Translations under genes and position numbers: made by a program | Notes under the pieces: model-generated | Told to the model about the DNA's origin: nothing | Seen by the model: the letters and a program-made list of their open reading frames with translations, nothing else | Databases searched by the model: none | Shown: piece after piece, positions 29,173 through 37,596 of the stretch | How the letters are laid out: each line of letters opens with the position of its first letter | Position numbering within the stretch: the stretch's first letter is position 1 | DNA from: Candidatus Terrybacteria bacterium RIFCSPHIGHO2_01_FULL_48_17 | GTDB lineage: Bacteria; Patescibacteriota; Minisyncoccia; Terrybacterales; 2-01-FULL-58-14 | Direction of reading: 5' to 3' | Length of the DNA: 64,000 bases | NCBI GenBank assembly: GCA_001822835.1 | Contig: MHSS01000015.1 | Location: forward strand, 2,113-66,112

Positions 29173-29196
29173 AAAAAGCCCGCCGTGTGGCGGGTT
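29173..29196 (-). terminator. Intrinsic terminator after ftsH
   Basis: GCCCGCC-GTGT-GGCGGGT stem with a T-run on the minus strand. Confidence 0.65.
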
Positions 29197-31036
29197 AGGA
29201 TTGGATAAGTTCTCCGAGAATCCTTTGCAGGTCCTCCCCTTCAAGCGTTTCAACGTCAAGGAGTTCCTGAACAAGACGCTCAAGCGCTTTGCGATGTTTG
29301 TTTAAAACCTCTTCTGCCGTTTTCCTTCCCATATCAACCAACCGAAACACTTCATTATCGATCTGTTCGGCAATATGATCGGAATAATCGCGCTGTTCAG
29401 TAATTTCCTTTCCCAAAAATACCAATTCTTGGCGCCTTCCAAATGTACGCGGACCAAGTGCCTCGCTCATGCCAAAACGCGTTACCATTTGGCGTGCCAA
29501 GTTTGTTGCGCGCTCAAGGTCGTTTTGCGGTCCGGTGGTATGGCCATGTTGTTTTAACAGCAGTTCCTCGGCTACAAGCCCTCCCATCAGCGTTGCAATC
29601 ATATCCTCAAACTGAACTTTGGTATAAAGAGAGCGATCTTCCTCAGAAAGGAAACGGGTGAAGCCGCCGGCGCTGCCTCGCGAAACAATGGTTATCTTAA
29701 CGGGAGGATCGGCATAAGGTAACGCAAAGCCAACGAGTGCATGTCCTGCCTCATGATAAGCAATTATTTTACGCTCTTTTTCGCTTATCACCCTGCTCTT
29801 GCGCTCCGGGCCTGCAATAATTCGATCAATTGCCTCATTGAGTTCGGCCATCGTGATTTTCGGCTTGCCGCGGCGAGCTGTTAAAATTGCTGCTTCATTG
29901 ATAAGATTGGCTAAATCTGCTCCAGAAAAACCGGGTGTCTGTTTTGCAAGCTTCTCAAGATCGCAATCATCAGCAAAAGGTTTTCCTTTTGCGTGTACTA
30001 GAAGAATTGCGTATCGGCCTTTACTATCAGGACGGTCAACCGTGACCTGGCGGTCAAAACGCCCTGGCCGCAACAGTGCGGGGTCAAGAATATCCGGACG
30101 GTTTGTTGCCGCAATTACGATCACATTGGTTGACGTGTCGAAACCATCCATCTCGACAAGAAGCTGATTTAGTGTCTGTTCGCGCTCGTCGTGGCCTCCG
30201 CCAACTCCTGCGCCGCGATGGCGCCCGACCGCATCAATTTCATCGATGAAAACGATACAAGGTTGATTCTTTTTCGCTTGCGCAAAAAGATCCCGCACGC
30301 GCGATGCACCCACTCCCACAAACATTTCGACAAACTGTGATCCCGAAATTTCCCAAAACGGCACCGAGGCCTCGCCCGCCACGGCTTTAGCAAGAAGTGT
30401 TTTGCCGCATCCCGGCGGACCTACCAATAACACGCCTTTTGGAATACGGGCCCCGAGTAACTGGAATTTCTGTGGACTTCGGAGAAACTCAACCACTTCA
30501 GTAAGCTCTTCTTTTGCCTCGTCAACACCTGCAACGTCTTGGAAGGTAACAAAAGGTCGTTTGCCTATCAGCGAGCGTGCGCGGCTTTTGCCAAAATTGG
30601 TTGCCTGGCTGTTTCCACCCTGCGCGCCCCGCAAAACAAAAAAAAGAAAACCCATGATCAAAAGGATTGGCAAAAAGGTAAGAAGAACCTTAAACAATCC
30701 CGACCAAAAGGATCCTTTTTCACGGGCAAAATCATAAGCGATATTATTCTGCCTAAGATCCTTCTGCAACGTTTCCATTGCTTGAGCGTTTATCTCTGTT
30801 TTTGCCGGCTTATCTACAAGGGTGTATTCGGCAATAAACCAGGTAACGTTGCTCTCTTTCAAAATGACCGTAGAGGAAATCTCTTTTGCTTGGATTGCCT
30901 CGGCAAAACGCGAATAAGGCACTTCTTCGGGTTTAGGTTTTGAGCCACCCGAAAGAAGAGGTAATACAAAGAAATATACCAAGAGAATCAAGACGCCAAG
31001 AATGACAAACCTTGAGAACCTACCTCGCCGTCCCAT
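29195..31036 (-). CDS. ftsH: ATP-dependent zinc metalloprotease FtsH
   Basis: Two TM helices, [17 protein letters not shown] and HEAGH motifs; Shine-Dalgarno AGGAGGT before ATG 31036. Confidence 0.97.
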   Translation of the reverse strand: MGRRGRFSRFVILGVLILLVYFFVLPLLSGGSKPKPEEVPYSRFAEAIQAKEISSTVILKESNVTWFIAEYTLVDKPAKTEINAQAMETLQKDLRQNNIAYDFAREKGSFWSGLFKVLLTFLPILLIMGFLFFVLRGAQGGNSQATNFGKSRARSLIGKRPFVTFQDVAGVDEAKEELTEVVEFLRSPQKFQLLGARIPKGVLLVGPPGCGKTLLAKAVAGEASVPFWEISGSQFVEMFVGVGASRVRDLFAQAKKNQPCIVFIDEIDAVGRHRGAGVGGGHDEREQTLNQLLVEMDGFDTSTNVIVIAATNRPDILDPALLRPGRFDRQVTVDRPDSKGRYAILLVHAKGKPFADDCDLEKLAKQTPGFSGADLANLINEAAILTARRGKPKITMAELNEAIDRIIAGPERKSRVISEKERKIIAYHEAGHALVGFALPYADPPVKITIVSRGSAGGFTRFLSEEDRSLYTKVQFEDMIATLMGGLVAEELLLKQHGHTTGPQNDLERATNLARQMVTRFGMSEALGPRTFGRRQELVFLGKEITEQRDYSDHIAEQIDNEVFRLVDMGRKTAEEVLNKHRKALERLVQELLDVETLEGEDLQRILGELIQS

Positions 31037-31154
31037 GGGGCACCTCCTGTTTGTATTTTCAAAAAACAAGTGGGTTTATCTTACCACAGGCATATAAAAA
31101 AGTAAACCCGCCACTAATATCGGACGGGTGATTTCCTAATACCCACATCAGCCC

Positions 31155-31844
31155 TTATTGCCACCGTTTTTTATGAAGTGCTTCCCGAGCCGCCTCTTGT
31201 TGAGCTTCTTGCTTAGAAAGGCCTTCGCCTTTTGCGATCAGCGTTTCCCCCAAATATACACCAACGCTAAAAGTTTTTGCATGGTCTGGGCCTCGCTCTG
31301 AAATCACCTTATAGGAAGGGGTGGTGCGCATTTTTTCCTGAGCCATTTCCTGAAATTGAGATTTTGGGTCACGGACGGATCCAGATACGAGGATGTCTTC
31401 AAGTTTTGGTAAAAGCGCTTTCCTTAGAAAATCTTTCACGGCATGAAATCCCTGATCAAGATATATTGCCCCCACAATTGCCTCACACGCATTTGCTAAA
31501 ATAACGTCGCGTGCACGACCCACATCCTTTGCTTCTCCCCGAGAAAGGCGGATGACGTCATTTACTTTTAGTTCATGAGCAACATGCGCTAATGTTTCTG
31601 CGCGTACCAGGGCGGCACGCAAATTGGTCAACTCGCCCTCTGGCTTTTCGGGGAAACGCTGGAACAAATATTCCGAGACCGCAAGCTCCAAAACCGCGTC
31701 GCCAAGAAACTCTAACCGTTCATTGTGCGGATATTTCCAACGGGGGTGTTCGTTTAAATACGAACGGTGGGTCAGGGCTTCCTCCAAGAGAACAGGATTT
31801 TTGAAAGAAACCCCGAGCCGCCGCTCAAAATCTGAGATATCCAT
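31155..31844 (-). CDS. rnc: Ribonuclease III
   Basis: NERLEFLGDAVL signature plus dsRBD. Confidence 0.97.
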   Translation of the reverse strand: MDISDFERRLGVSFKNPVLLEEALTHRSYLNEHPRWKYPHNERLEFLGDAVLELAVSEYLFQRFPEKPEGELTNLRAALVRAETLAHVAHELKVNDVIRLSRGEAKDVGRARDVILANACEAIVGAIYLDQGFHAVKDFLRKALLPKLEDILVSGSVRDPKSQFQEMAQEKMRTTPSYKVISERGPDHAKTFSVGVYLGETLIAKGEGLSKQEAQQEAAREALHKKRWQ

Positions 31845-31859
31845 AGCATTCCTAATAAA

Positions 31860-31947
31860 AAAGTTTCTATTAGTTTCAATGCATTTCTACAAATTTCTCG
31901 TATTTCTGAAATGTATAGAAACGTGCTGCGCGAAATTTATGGAAATT
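31860..31947. repeat. Degenerate ~10-bp TTTC repeats followed by inverted GAAA copies
   Basis: GTTTCTATTA GTTTCAATGC ATTTCTACAA ATTTCTCGT ATTTCT, then GAAAT..AGAAAC..GAAATT..GGAAATT. Confidence 0.5.
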
Positions 31948-32422
31948 ACTTGTCCTCTGTTTGCTCTTCTTCTTTTTTCTCTTTCACGTGTTCCTTCCCC
32001 GGTTCTCCAATTTCCCGGTAAATCGTTCCCAAAACGCCGTTTACAAAACGACCAGAAGATTCGCCACCAAAGTTTTTGGCAAGCTCAATTGCTTCATTAA
32101 TTGCGACTTTAGGAGGCACGGCCTCGCGATCTCCGAATAAAAGTTCGAAGATGCCGATACGTAGAACATTCCGATCTACCATCGCCACCTGCTCCACGGG
32201 CCATTCCGGGGCTGCCCGAGCAATAATCGAATCGAGCTTTTCCCGCTTTTTTAAAATACCCTTGACGAGATCCTGCGCAAAACCTTCGTCCTCAAGCCCT
32301 GGGGCAAATTCCGCATATGTTTTCTCAAGAAAATCGGACATCTGGGAATCTTCTTTTCCGTTGAAATCCCATGCGTATAATGCCTGCAAGGCAACAGAAC
32401 GGGCAAGGTGTCGAGAAGCCAT
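31946..32422 (-). CDS. nusB: Transcription antitermination factor NusB
   Basis: [24 protein letters not shown] and FVNGVLG motifs. Confidence 0.96.
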   Translation of the reverse strand: MASRHLARSVALQALYAWDFNGKEDSQMSDFLEKTYAEFAPGLEDEGFAQDLVKGILKKREKLDSIIARAAPEWPVEQVAMVDRNVLRIGIFELLFGDREAVPPKVAINEAIELAKNFGGESSGRFVNGVLGTIYREIGEPGKEHVKEKKEEEQTEDK

Positions 32423-32429
32423 GTTCCTT

Positions 32430-32530
32430 AAAAATTTTAATTATTCTAATTTCTAATTGCTCTAATGCTTAGATATTGGAAAATTTCAAACATTCGTTAA
32501 AAATTAGGTCAATTAGAGCAATTGGAGATT
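32430..32530. repeat. Degenerate CTAAT repeats arranged as an inverted repeat
   Basis: TCTAATTGCTCTAAT (32452-32466) against ATTAGAGCAATTGGA (32512-32526), 14/15 complementary. Confidence 0.55.
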
Positions 32531-32827
32531 TTAAAGTTGTGGAGCTTTGTGCGCGGGCACTATTTCTTCTCCTTGGCGCGCCTGACTTTCTGCCTCTGCG
32601 CGAGCAGCTTGTTCTTTTTCCTTCTTTTTGCGCTCCTTTTTTGTAAGTTTCGCAAGCGTATCAATAACTTCTGTAGTGCCATAATATCCGCATCGCCCAC
32701 AGACGAAATGGGAGATTTTCATCGCTTTACAATGGTTACAAACCACAAGTTGCGGCGCCAAAAGCCTAATTTGGCTCCGGCGTCTATTCCTGCGGCCTTT
32801 CGTATGCCGTTGTCGTGCGGTGCTCAT
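32531..32827 (-). CDS. rpmF: 50S ribosomal protein L32 (zinc-ribbon type, extended C-terminus)
   Basis: RHTKGRRNRRRSQ and CNHC...H.VC..CGYY motifs. Confidence 0.92.
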   Translation of the reverse strand: MSTARQRHTKGRRNRRRSQIRLLAPQLVVCNHCKAMKISHFVCGRCGYYGTTEVIDTLAKLTKKERKKKEKEQAARAEAESQARQGEEIVPAHKAPQL

Positions 32828-32860
32828 AAAGGGTACAAGATATAGGGTACAGGGTATAGA

Positions 32861-33511
32861 TTAGTTTTGCAAGCTTTTAAGAAAACTTCTCCGATGGATG
32901 GAACACGGACCGAGTTCTTGTAATCGCCGATAATGTAATCTCGTGCCATACCCTTTGTGTATATCAAAGCCGTACTGGGGAAAATGCTGGTGATGCCGTT
33001 CCATAAGCTTATCGCGATGCACCTTTGCAATAATAGAGGCGGCAGCGATAAGCGAAATCTGCTCGTCCCCCTTAATTACCGTACATTGCCGCAACTGGGA
33101 TGGCGCGTAAAGGGAGCCGTCAAGCAATATAATAGAGTTTAGTCCCGACGCAAGGTCGGGATCCCGACTTCTTTTTTGATAGTTTCGATTGGGGCGTCGG
33201 GAGGAATAGGAATTAGGGAACAATTTATGCAAAACGGCGGCAACAGCACGATTAAGAGCCCTTGTAATCCCTTGTTTATCTATGATTTTTGGGCCAACTG
33301 AAGCTACTGCCCATCGGAAACCCTCATTGCTTTTGATTGTGCAGGAGAGGATTTCGCGCTGCCTTGAAGAAAGACGCTTCGAGTCCTTCAAACGTCCTGA
33401 TCCCTGAACCCTCAATCCTGAACCCCGTTTTGCCGCCACTGCCGCAACTGTAACAGGACCGGCAAGCGGCCCACGCCCAGCTTCATCAATACCAACAATC
33501 CACTGCACCAT
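32861..33511 (-). CDS. rnhB: Ribonuclease HII with repeat-derived insertions
   Basis: GIDEAGRGPLAGPV, DSK, KGD, AAASIIAKV, HKGYGT and HRRSF motifs. Confidence 0.95.
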   Translation of the reverse strand: MVQWIVGIDEAGRGPLAGPVTVAAVAAKRGSGLRVQGSGRLKDSKRLSSRQREILSCTIKSNEGFRWAVASVGPKIIDKQGITRALNRAVAAVLHKLFPNSYSSRRPNRNYQKRSRDPDLASGLNSIILLDGSLYAPSQLRQCTVIKGDEQISLIAAASIIAKVHRDKLMERHHQHFPQYGFDIHKGYGTRLHYRRLQELGPCSIHRRSFLKSLQN

Positions 33512-33553
33512 TGTTTTTAATATAGCAGAATTCCTCCCATAGGGAGGAAATAA

Positions 33554-33775
33554 CTACTTTCGGAATGCCCAGAGGCCTTCACGTATGCCTATTATAAGAA
33601 AAACTGTGCCACTCGCGCAAAGTCCAAGGCCTACCCCCGCAAATAGACCGCCCAACGACCATGACTCTTCAAAAATACTAGTGACGACAAGCCAAAAAGA
33701 AAGTACCCCGCCAGCCGCCCAACCAAGACCCCAAGCAATAAGAAGTATTGCCGTCGCGACCATCTCTCCTTTCAT
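33554..33775 (-). CDS. Small membrane protein
   Basis: Two Gly-rich TM helices; Shine-Dalgarno AAGGGAG; own promoter TTGACA-17 bp-TATAAA at 33817-33845. Confidence 0.6.
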   Translation of the reverse strand: MKGEMVATAILLIAWGLGWAAGGVLSFWLVVTSIFEESWSLGGLFAGVGLGLCASGTVFLIIGIREGLWAFRK

Positions 33776-33881
33776 TTTCTTTCTCCCTTTTTGTGTTGTA
33801 TAAAGTCCTAAATTCCTTTATAGCACAAGTATTTTTAACTGTCAAGCTTGTCGAGACAGCTCAATGCCATACAATAAAGTT

Positions 33882-36800
33882 ATGGCATCTCGATTCGTCC
33901 ATTTACACGTCCACTCGCACTACTCATTTCTGGACGGACTTGCAAAAATTGATCAACTCGTTGCGCGCGCAAAAGAACTTGGCATGGATGCGCTCGCGAT
34001 CACCGACCACGGCGGCCTTTGGGGCGCCGTTGAGTTTTATAAAAAAGCAAAAGCGCAGGGCATTAAACCAATTATTGGCGCGGAGTTGTATGTCGCTACA
34101 CGTTCGCGTTTTGATCGCGATCCGCAACTTGATACCAGACGCTTTCATCTTACAGTTCTTGCCAAAAACAATATCGGCTACCAAAACTTGGTGAAACTCG
34201 TTACCAAAAGCCAACTAGAAGGTTTTTATTTTAAGCCGCGCGTGGACAAAGAGCTTTTGCGCACCTACCACGAAGGGCTTATTGCTTTATCGGGGTGTCT
34301 GGGAGGAGAAATTCCCCGTGCCATTGAATCGGGCAATATGAAACATGCCAACAATCTGCTTACCGAGTATCTGGATATTTTCGGTCGAGACAATTTTTTT
34401 CTTGAGCTTGGCGCACACAACAACATTCCTCAACAGAAAAAGCTTAATACAAAATTGATAGAACTTGGGAAACAATATAATGTGCCGCTGGTGGCCACAA
34501 ACGACATACATTATGTTTCTGCAGACGATAAAGACGCGCACGAGGTTTTGCTTTCTGTGCAAACCGCTTCGCGTTTTGACGATGAGAGCCGTCTTTCTTT
34601 GAAAACCGACGATTTTTCTTTAAAGTCCGCGGAACAAATGGATGCGTCTTTCCCCAACATGCCCGAGGTATTGAAAGAGAGCGCAAAAATTGCAGAACAA
34701 TGTAATGTTACTTTGCCAATCGGCGCCATTCAGCTTCCAATGTTCCCTGTTCCCGAAGGATACACGCCTGATTCATATCTTAAAAAATTATGCGATGAGG
34801 GACTTACAAAACGCTATGATGCAAATTACCCTCCCCAAGCATTGGAGCGGCTCTCATACGAACTTTCAGTGATTGAAAAAACTGGTTTCGCATCCTACTT
34901 TTTAATCGTGCAAGATTTTGTCAGTTGGGCAAAAGGGCAAGGAATCGTAGTGGGACCAGGACGCGGATCTGCCGCCGGATCATTTGTTGCGTATGTATTG
35001 GGCATCACCAATATTGATCCCCTGCGCTACGAGCTTTTGTTTGAGAGATTCTTAAACCCCGCCCGGGTATCGATGCCTGATATTGATCTTGATTTTGCCG
35101 ATTGGCGCCGCGATGAGGTAATCCAATATCTGCGCCAAAAATATGGCGACGAACACGTTGCCCAAATTGGGACTTTTGGCACCATGGCTGCACGTGCCGT
35201 GGTGCGCGACGCAGGCCGGTCTCTTGGATTCCCTTATAGTTTTTGCGACCGCGTGGCAAAGCTTATCCCTTTTGGCATGACGCTTGAACAAGCACTTAAG
35301 GCCTCCCAAGAACTCAGTCAGGCCTATGAAAACGAAGCTGATGTTGCGCGCCTCGTCGATTCCGGACGAAAACTTGAAGGAGTGGCCCGGCATATTTCAA
35401 CGCATGCGTGTGGGGTCGTCATCTCCAAAGAGCCGCTCACAAAACTGGTTCCACTGCAACACCCATCCCAGTCAGAGGAACACGTCATTTCACAATATGA
35501 AATGCATTCCATCGAAGATCTCGGGCTTTTGAAAATAGATCTGTTGGGCCTTCGGAATCTTTCAATTATTGAAGAAACCATCGGCCGTATCAAAAATACC
35601 TATAGAGAAGAGGTGGACATTGAGCGCTTACCGCTTGATGACGCAAAAACATTTGAGCTATTGCGAACGGCAGACACCACGGGCGTATTTCAATTGGAAG
35701 GCGGGGGCATGCGTAGATATTTAAAGGAACTTGTGCCTACGGAACTGGAAGATATTATTGCGATGATTTCTCTTTATCGCCCAGGTCCTATGGAGTTTAT
35801 CCCCTCCTTCATCAAACGAAAGCACGGAAAAGAGAAAGTGGAATATCTAGATCATGCGCTCGAATCAATACTCAAAAAGACCCATGGCATCGCTGTCTAC
35901 CAAGAACAACTCATGGAAATTGCCAGGCAGCTTGCCGGATTTTCGCTTGCCGAGGCAGATATGCTCCGCAAAGCTGTTGGAAAGAAAATTAAATCGCTTC
36001 TTAATGAGCAACATGAAAAACTTGTTGCCGGAATGATGCGAAACAAGATCACGAAAAATACTGCAGAAAAAATTTGGGAATGGATAATACCGTTCGCGCG
36101 ATATGGTTTTAATCGATCACATGGTGCCTGTTACGCAATGATTGCATATCAAACCGCATGGCTGAAAGCGCATTATCCTTATGAATTTATGGCGTCGCTG
36201 CTTAACCGGGAATATGGCATGGGAACCGATCGGGTTGCGGTTCTTATTCAGGAAGCGCGAGCCCATGAGATTAAAATTTTACCGCCAGATGTGAATGCGT
36301 CACGGGAAGGATTTACAGTTGTATATAAAGAAACTAAAAATCCTGGCGCAATTCGTTTTGGCCTTACTGCGATAAAAAATCTTGGGCATAATGTGGTAAC
36401 AAAAATAATTACTGAACGAGACACGAACGGTGCATATACTTCGCTTGAAAATTTCATAAAACGGATTGCCGGACCGGAATTTACTAAAAAAGCATTGGAA
36501 AGTTTAACGTATGCCGGAGCGCTAGACCAATTTGCGGAACGCAAAGCAATCCTTGAAAGCACGGATCAGATTCTTTCATTCGGAAAAGAAAGCCATAGAA
36601 ACGCACAATCGGGCCAGGGAAGTTTGTTCGACGAAACATCGACAGGAGCGACATTGCGTTTGAAAGAAACGAAGCCGGCAAGCAAACAAGAACGGCTTCG
36701 GTGGGAAAAAGATCATCTTGGGCTTTGGGTTTCCGAACATCCGCTTCGTAGCTATGAACGGCTTCTGGCAACCATTACTAAGCCAATTGAGATTATGCGT

Positions 36801-37091
36801 GATGCGGCAACGGGAAGACAATTACGCATTGGGGGTGTAATCACAAAAATTAAAAAGATCCTCACAAAGAAAGGAGAGCCGATGCTTTTTGTGAATGTCG
36901 AAGATATGTCAGGAACCACTGAAGTCGTTGTTTTCCCGAGAGTTTTAGAAAATTATCCGACTGCCTTTAAAGAGAATGCAATTGTGTTGCTTGACGGTAC
37001 GGTATCAGAACGCAATGGCGAGATGGGGTTTATTTGTGAGAGGGCGGAGGAGATTGTGGAGAAGGCAGAGGAGATAGTGAGAAGGGTATAG
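33882..37091 (+). CDS. dnaE: DNA polymerase III alpha subunit
   Basis: PHP HLHVHSHYS, GRGSAAGS, MPDIDLDF, YGFNRSH and a C-terminal OB fold. Confidence 0.98.
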   Translation: MASRFVHLHVHSHYSFLDGLAKIDQLVARAKELGMDALAITDHGGLWGAVEFYKKAKAQGIKPIIGAELYVATRSRFDRDPQLDTRRFHLTVLAKNNIGYQNLVKLVTKSQLEGFYFKPRVDKELLRTYHEGLIALSGCLGGEIPRAIESGNMKHANNLLTEYLDIFGRDNFFLELGAHNNIPQQKKLNTKLIELGKQYNVPLVATNDIHYVSADDKDAHEVLLSVQTASRFDDESRLSLKTDDFSLKSAEQMDASFPNMPEVLKESAKIAEQCNVTLPIGAIQLPMFPVPEGYTPDSYLKKLCDEGLTKRYDANYPPQALERLSYELSVIEKTGFASYFLIVQDFVSWAKGQGIVVGPGRGSAAGSFVAYVLGITNIDPLRYELLFERFLNPARVSMPDIDLDFADWRRDEVIQYLRQKYGDEHVAQIGTFGTMAARAVVRDAGRSLGFPYSFCDRVAKLIPFGMTLEQALKASQELSQAYENEADVARLVDSGRKLEGVARHISTHACGVVISKEPLTKLVPLQHPSQSEEHVISQYEMHSIEDLGLLKIDLLGLRNLSIIEETIGRIKNTYREEVDIERLPLDDAKTFELLRTADTTGVFQLEGGGMRRYLKELVPTELEDIIAMISLYRPGPMEFIPSFIKRKHGKEKVEYLDHALESILKKTHGIAVYQEQLMEIARQLAGFSLAEADMLRKAVGKKIKSLLNEQHEKLVAGMMRNKITKNTAEKIWEWIIPFARYGFNRSHGACYAMIAYQTAWLKAHYPYEFMASLLNREYGMGTDRVAVLIQEARAHEIKILPPDVNASREGFTVVYKETKNPGAIRFGLTAIKNLGHNVVTKIITERDTNGAYTSLENFIKRIAGPEFTKKALESLTYAGALDQFAERKAILESTDQILSFGKESHRNAQSGQGSLFDETSTGATLRLKETKPASKQERLRWEKDHLGLWVSEHPLRSYERLLATITKPIEIMRDAATGRQLRIGGVITKIKKILTKKGEPMLFVNVEDMSGTTEVVVFPRVLENYPTAFKENAIVLLDGTVSERNGEMGFICERAEEIVEKAEEIVRRV

Positions 37092-37094
37092 GGC

Positions 37095-37174
37095 GAGCGC
37101 AACGGCAGGCCTGCTCGCGTCTGCAAGGGATCCTTCCGTTCCTTAAGGCCGCTCGCAGCCCCGCCGCTTGCGCT
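37095..37174. repeat. 80-bp imperfect hairpin downstream of dnaE
   Basis: GAGCGCAACGGCAGGCCTGC... pairs with ...GCAGCCCCGCCGCTTGCGCTC. Confidence 0.65.
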
Positions 37175-37311
37175 CTTATGTTACCCTCAGCCTCTTTATA
37201 AAGATGGATGAGAAAAGAGGTAAGAAAGGAAGCCCATGATACGGGCTCTTATATTTTTGACAGAATAATACTAGCAAAGGTATTAGAGAACATTGAAAAG
37301 GAAAAAGGAGG

Positions 37312-37545
37312 ATGGATATGTATGACTTAATGGGTTTTCCTGAGGAAAATCTACAGCACTCCAGGATGCGGTTTAAACCAAATCCTGAACCCGTCGAAAC
37401 AACTCCCTCCTGTGATCGAGGATCCTGTTCGGGAAGGGGTTATAATTTTTGTTCGGAACATAACACACATCTCTGCAACGGACATTTTGGCTGGCACGTA
37501 AGGATGTTCCACAAAGCGCCCGAATCAGTTCGAGTGCATGGTTAG
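37312..37545 (+). CDS. Small Cys/His-rich (B-box-like zinc finger) protein
   Basis: C-x4-C-x7-C-x2-H-x4-C-x2-H; GGAGG Shine-Dalgarno (true start may be 37318); terminator at 37545-37570. Confidence 0.55.
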   Translation: MDMYDLMGFPEENLQHSRMRFKPNPEPVETTPSCDRGSCSGRGYNFCSEHNTHLCNGHFGWHVRMFHKAPESVRVHG

Positions 37546-37596
37546 ACCCCAAAACGGGGTCTTTGTTTTTGTGCAAACATGTTTTACAATAATCGT

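Noticed and set aside
33882-37091. Intein in DnaE
   Set aside because: Length is normal (1069 aa) with no intein motifs; only a 21-bp imperfect duplication at the C-terminus (AEEIVEKAEEIVRRV)
37095-37174. SRP (4.5S) RNA
   Set aside because: A GGAAGG is present on the minus strand, but the conserved CAGG...AGCAG helix-8 internal loop is not
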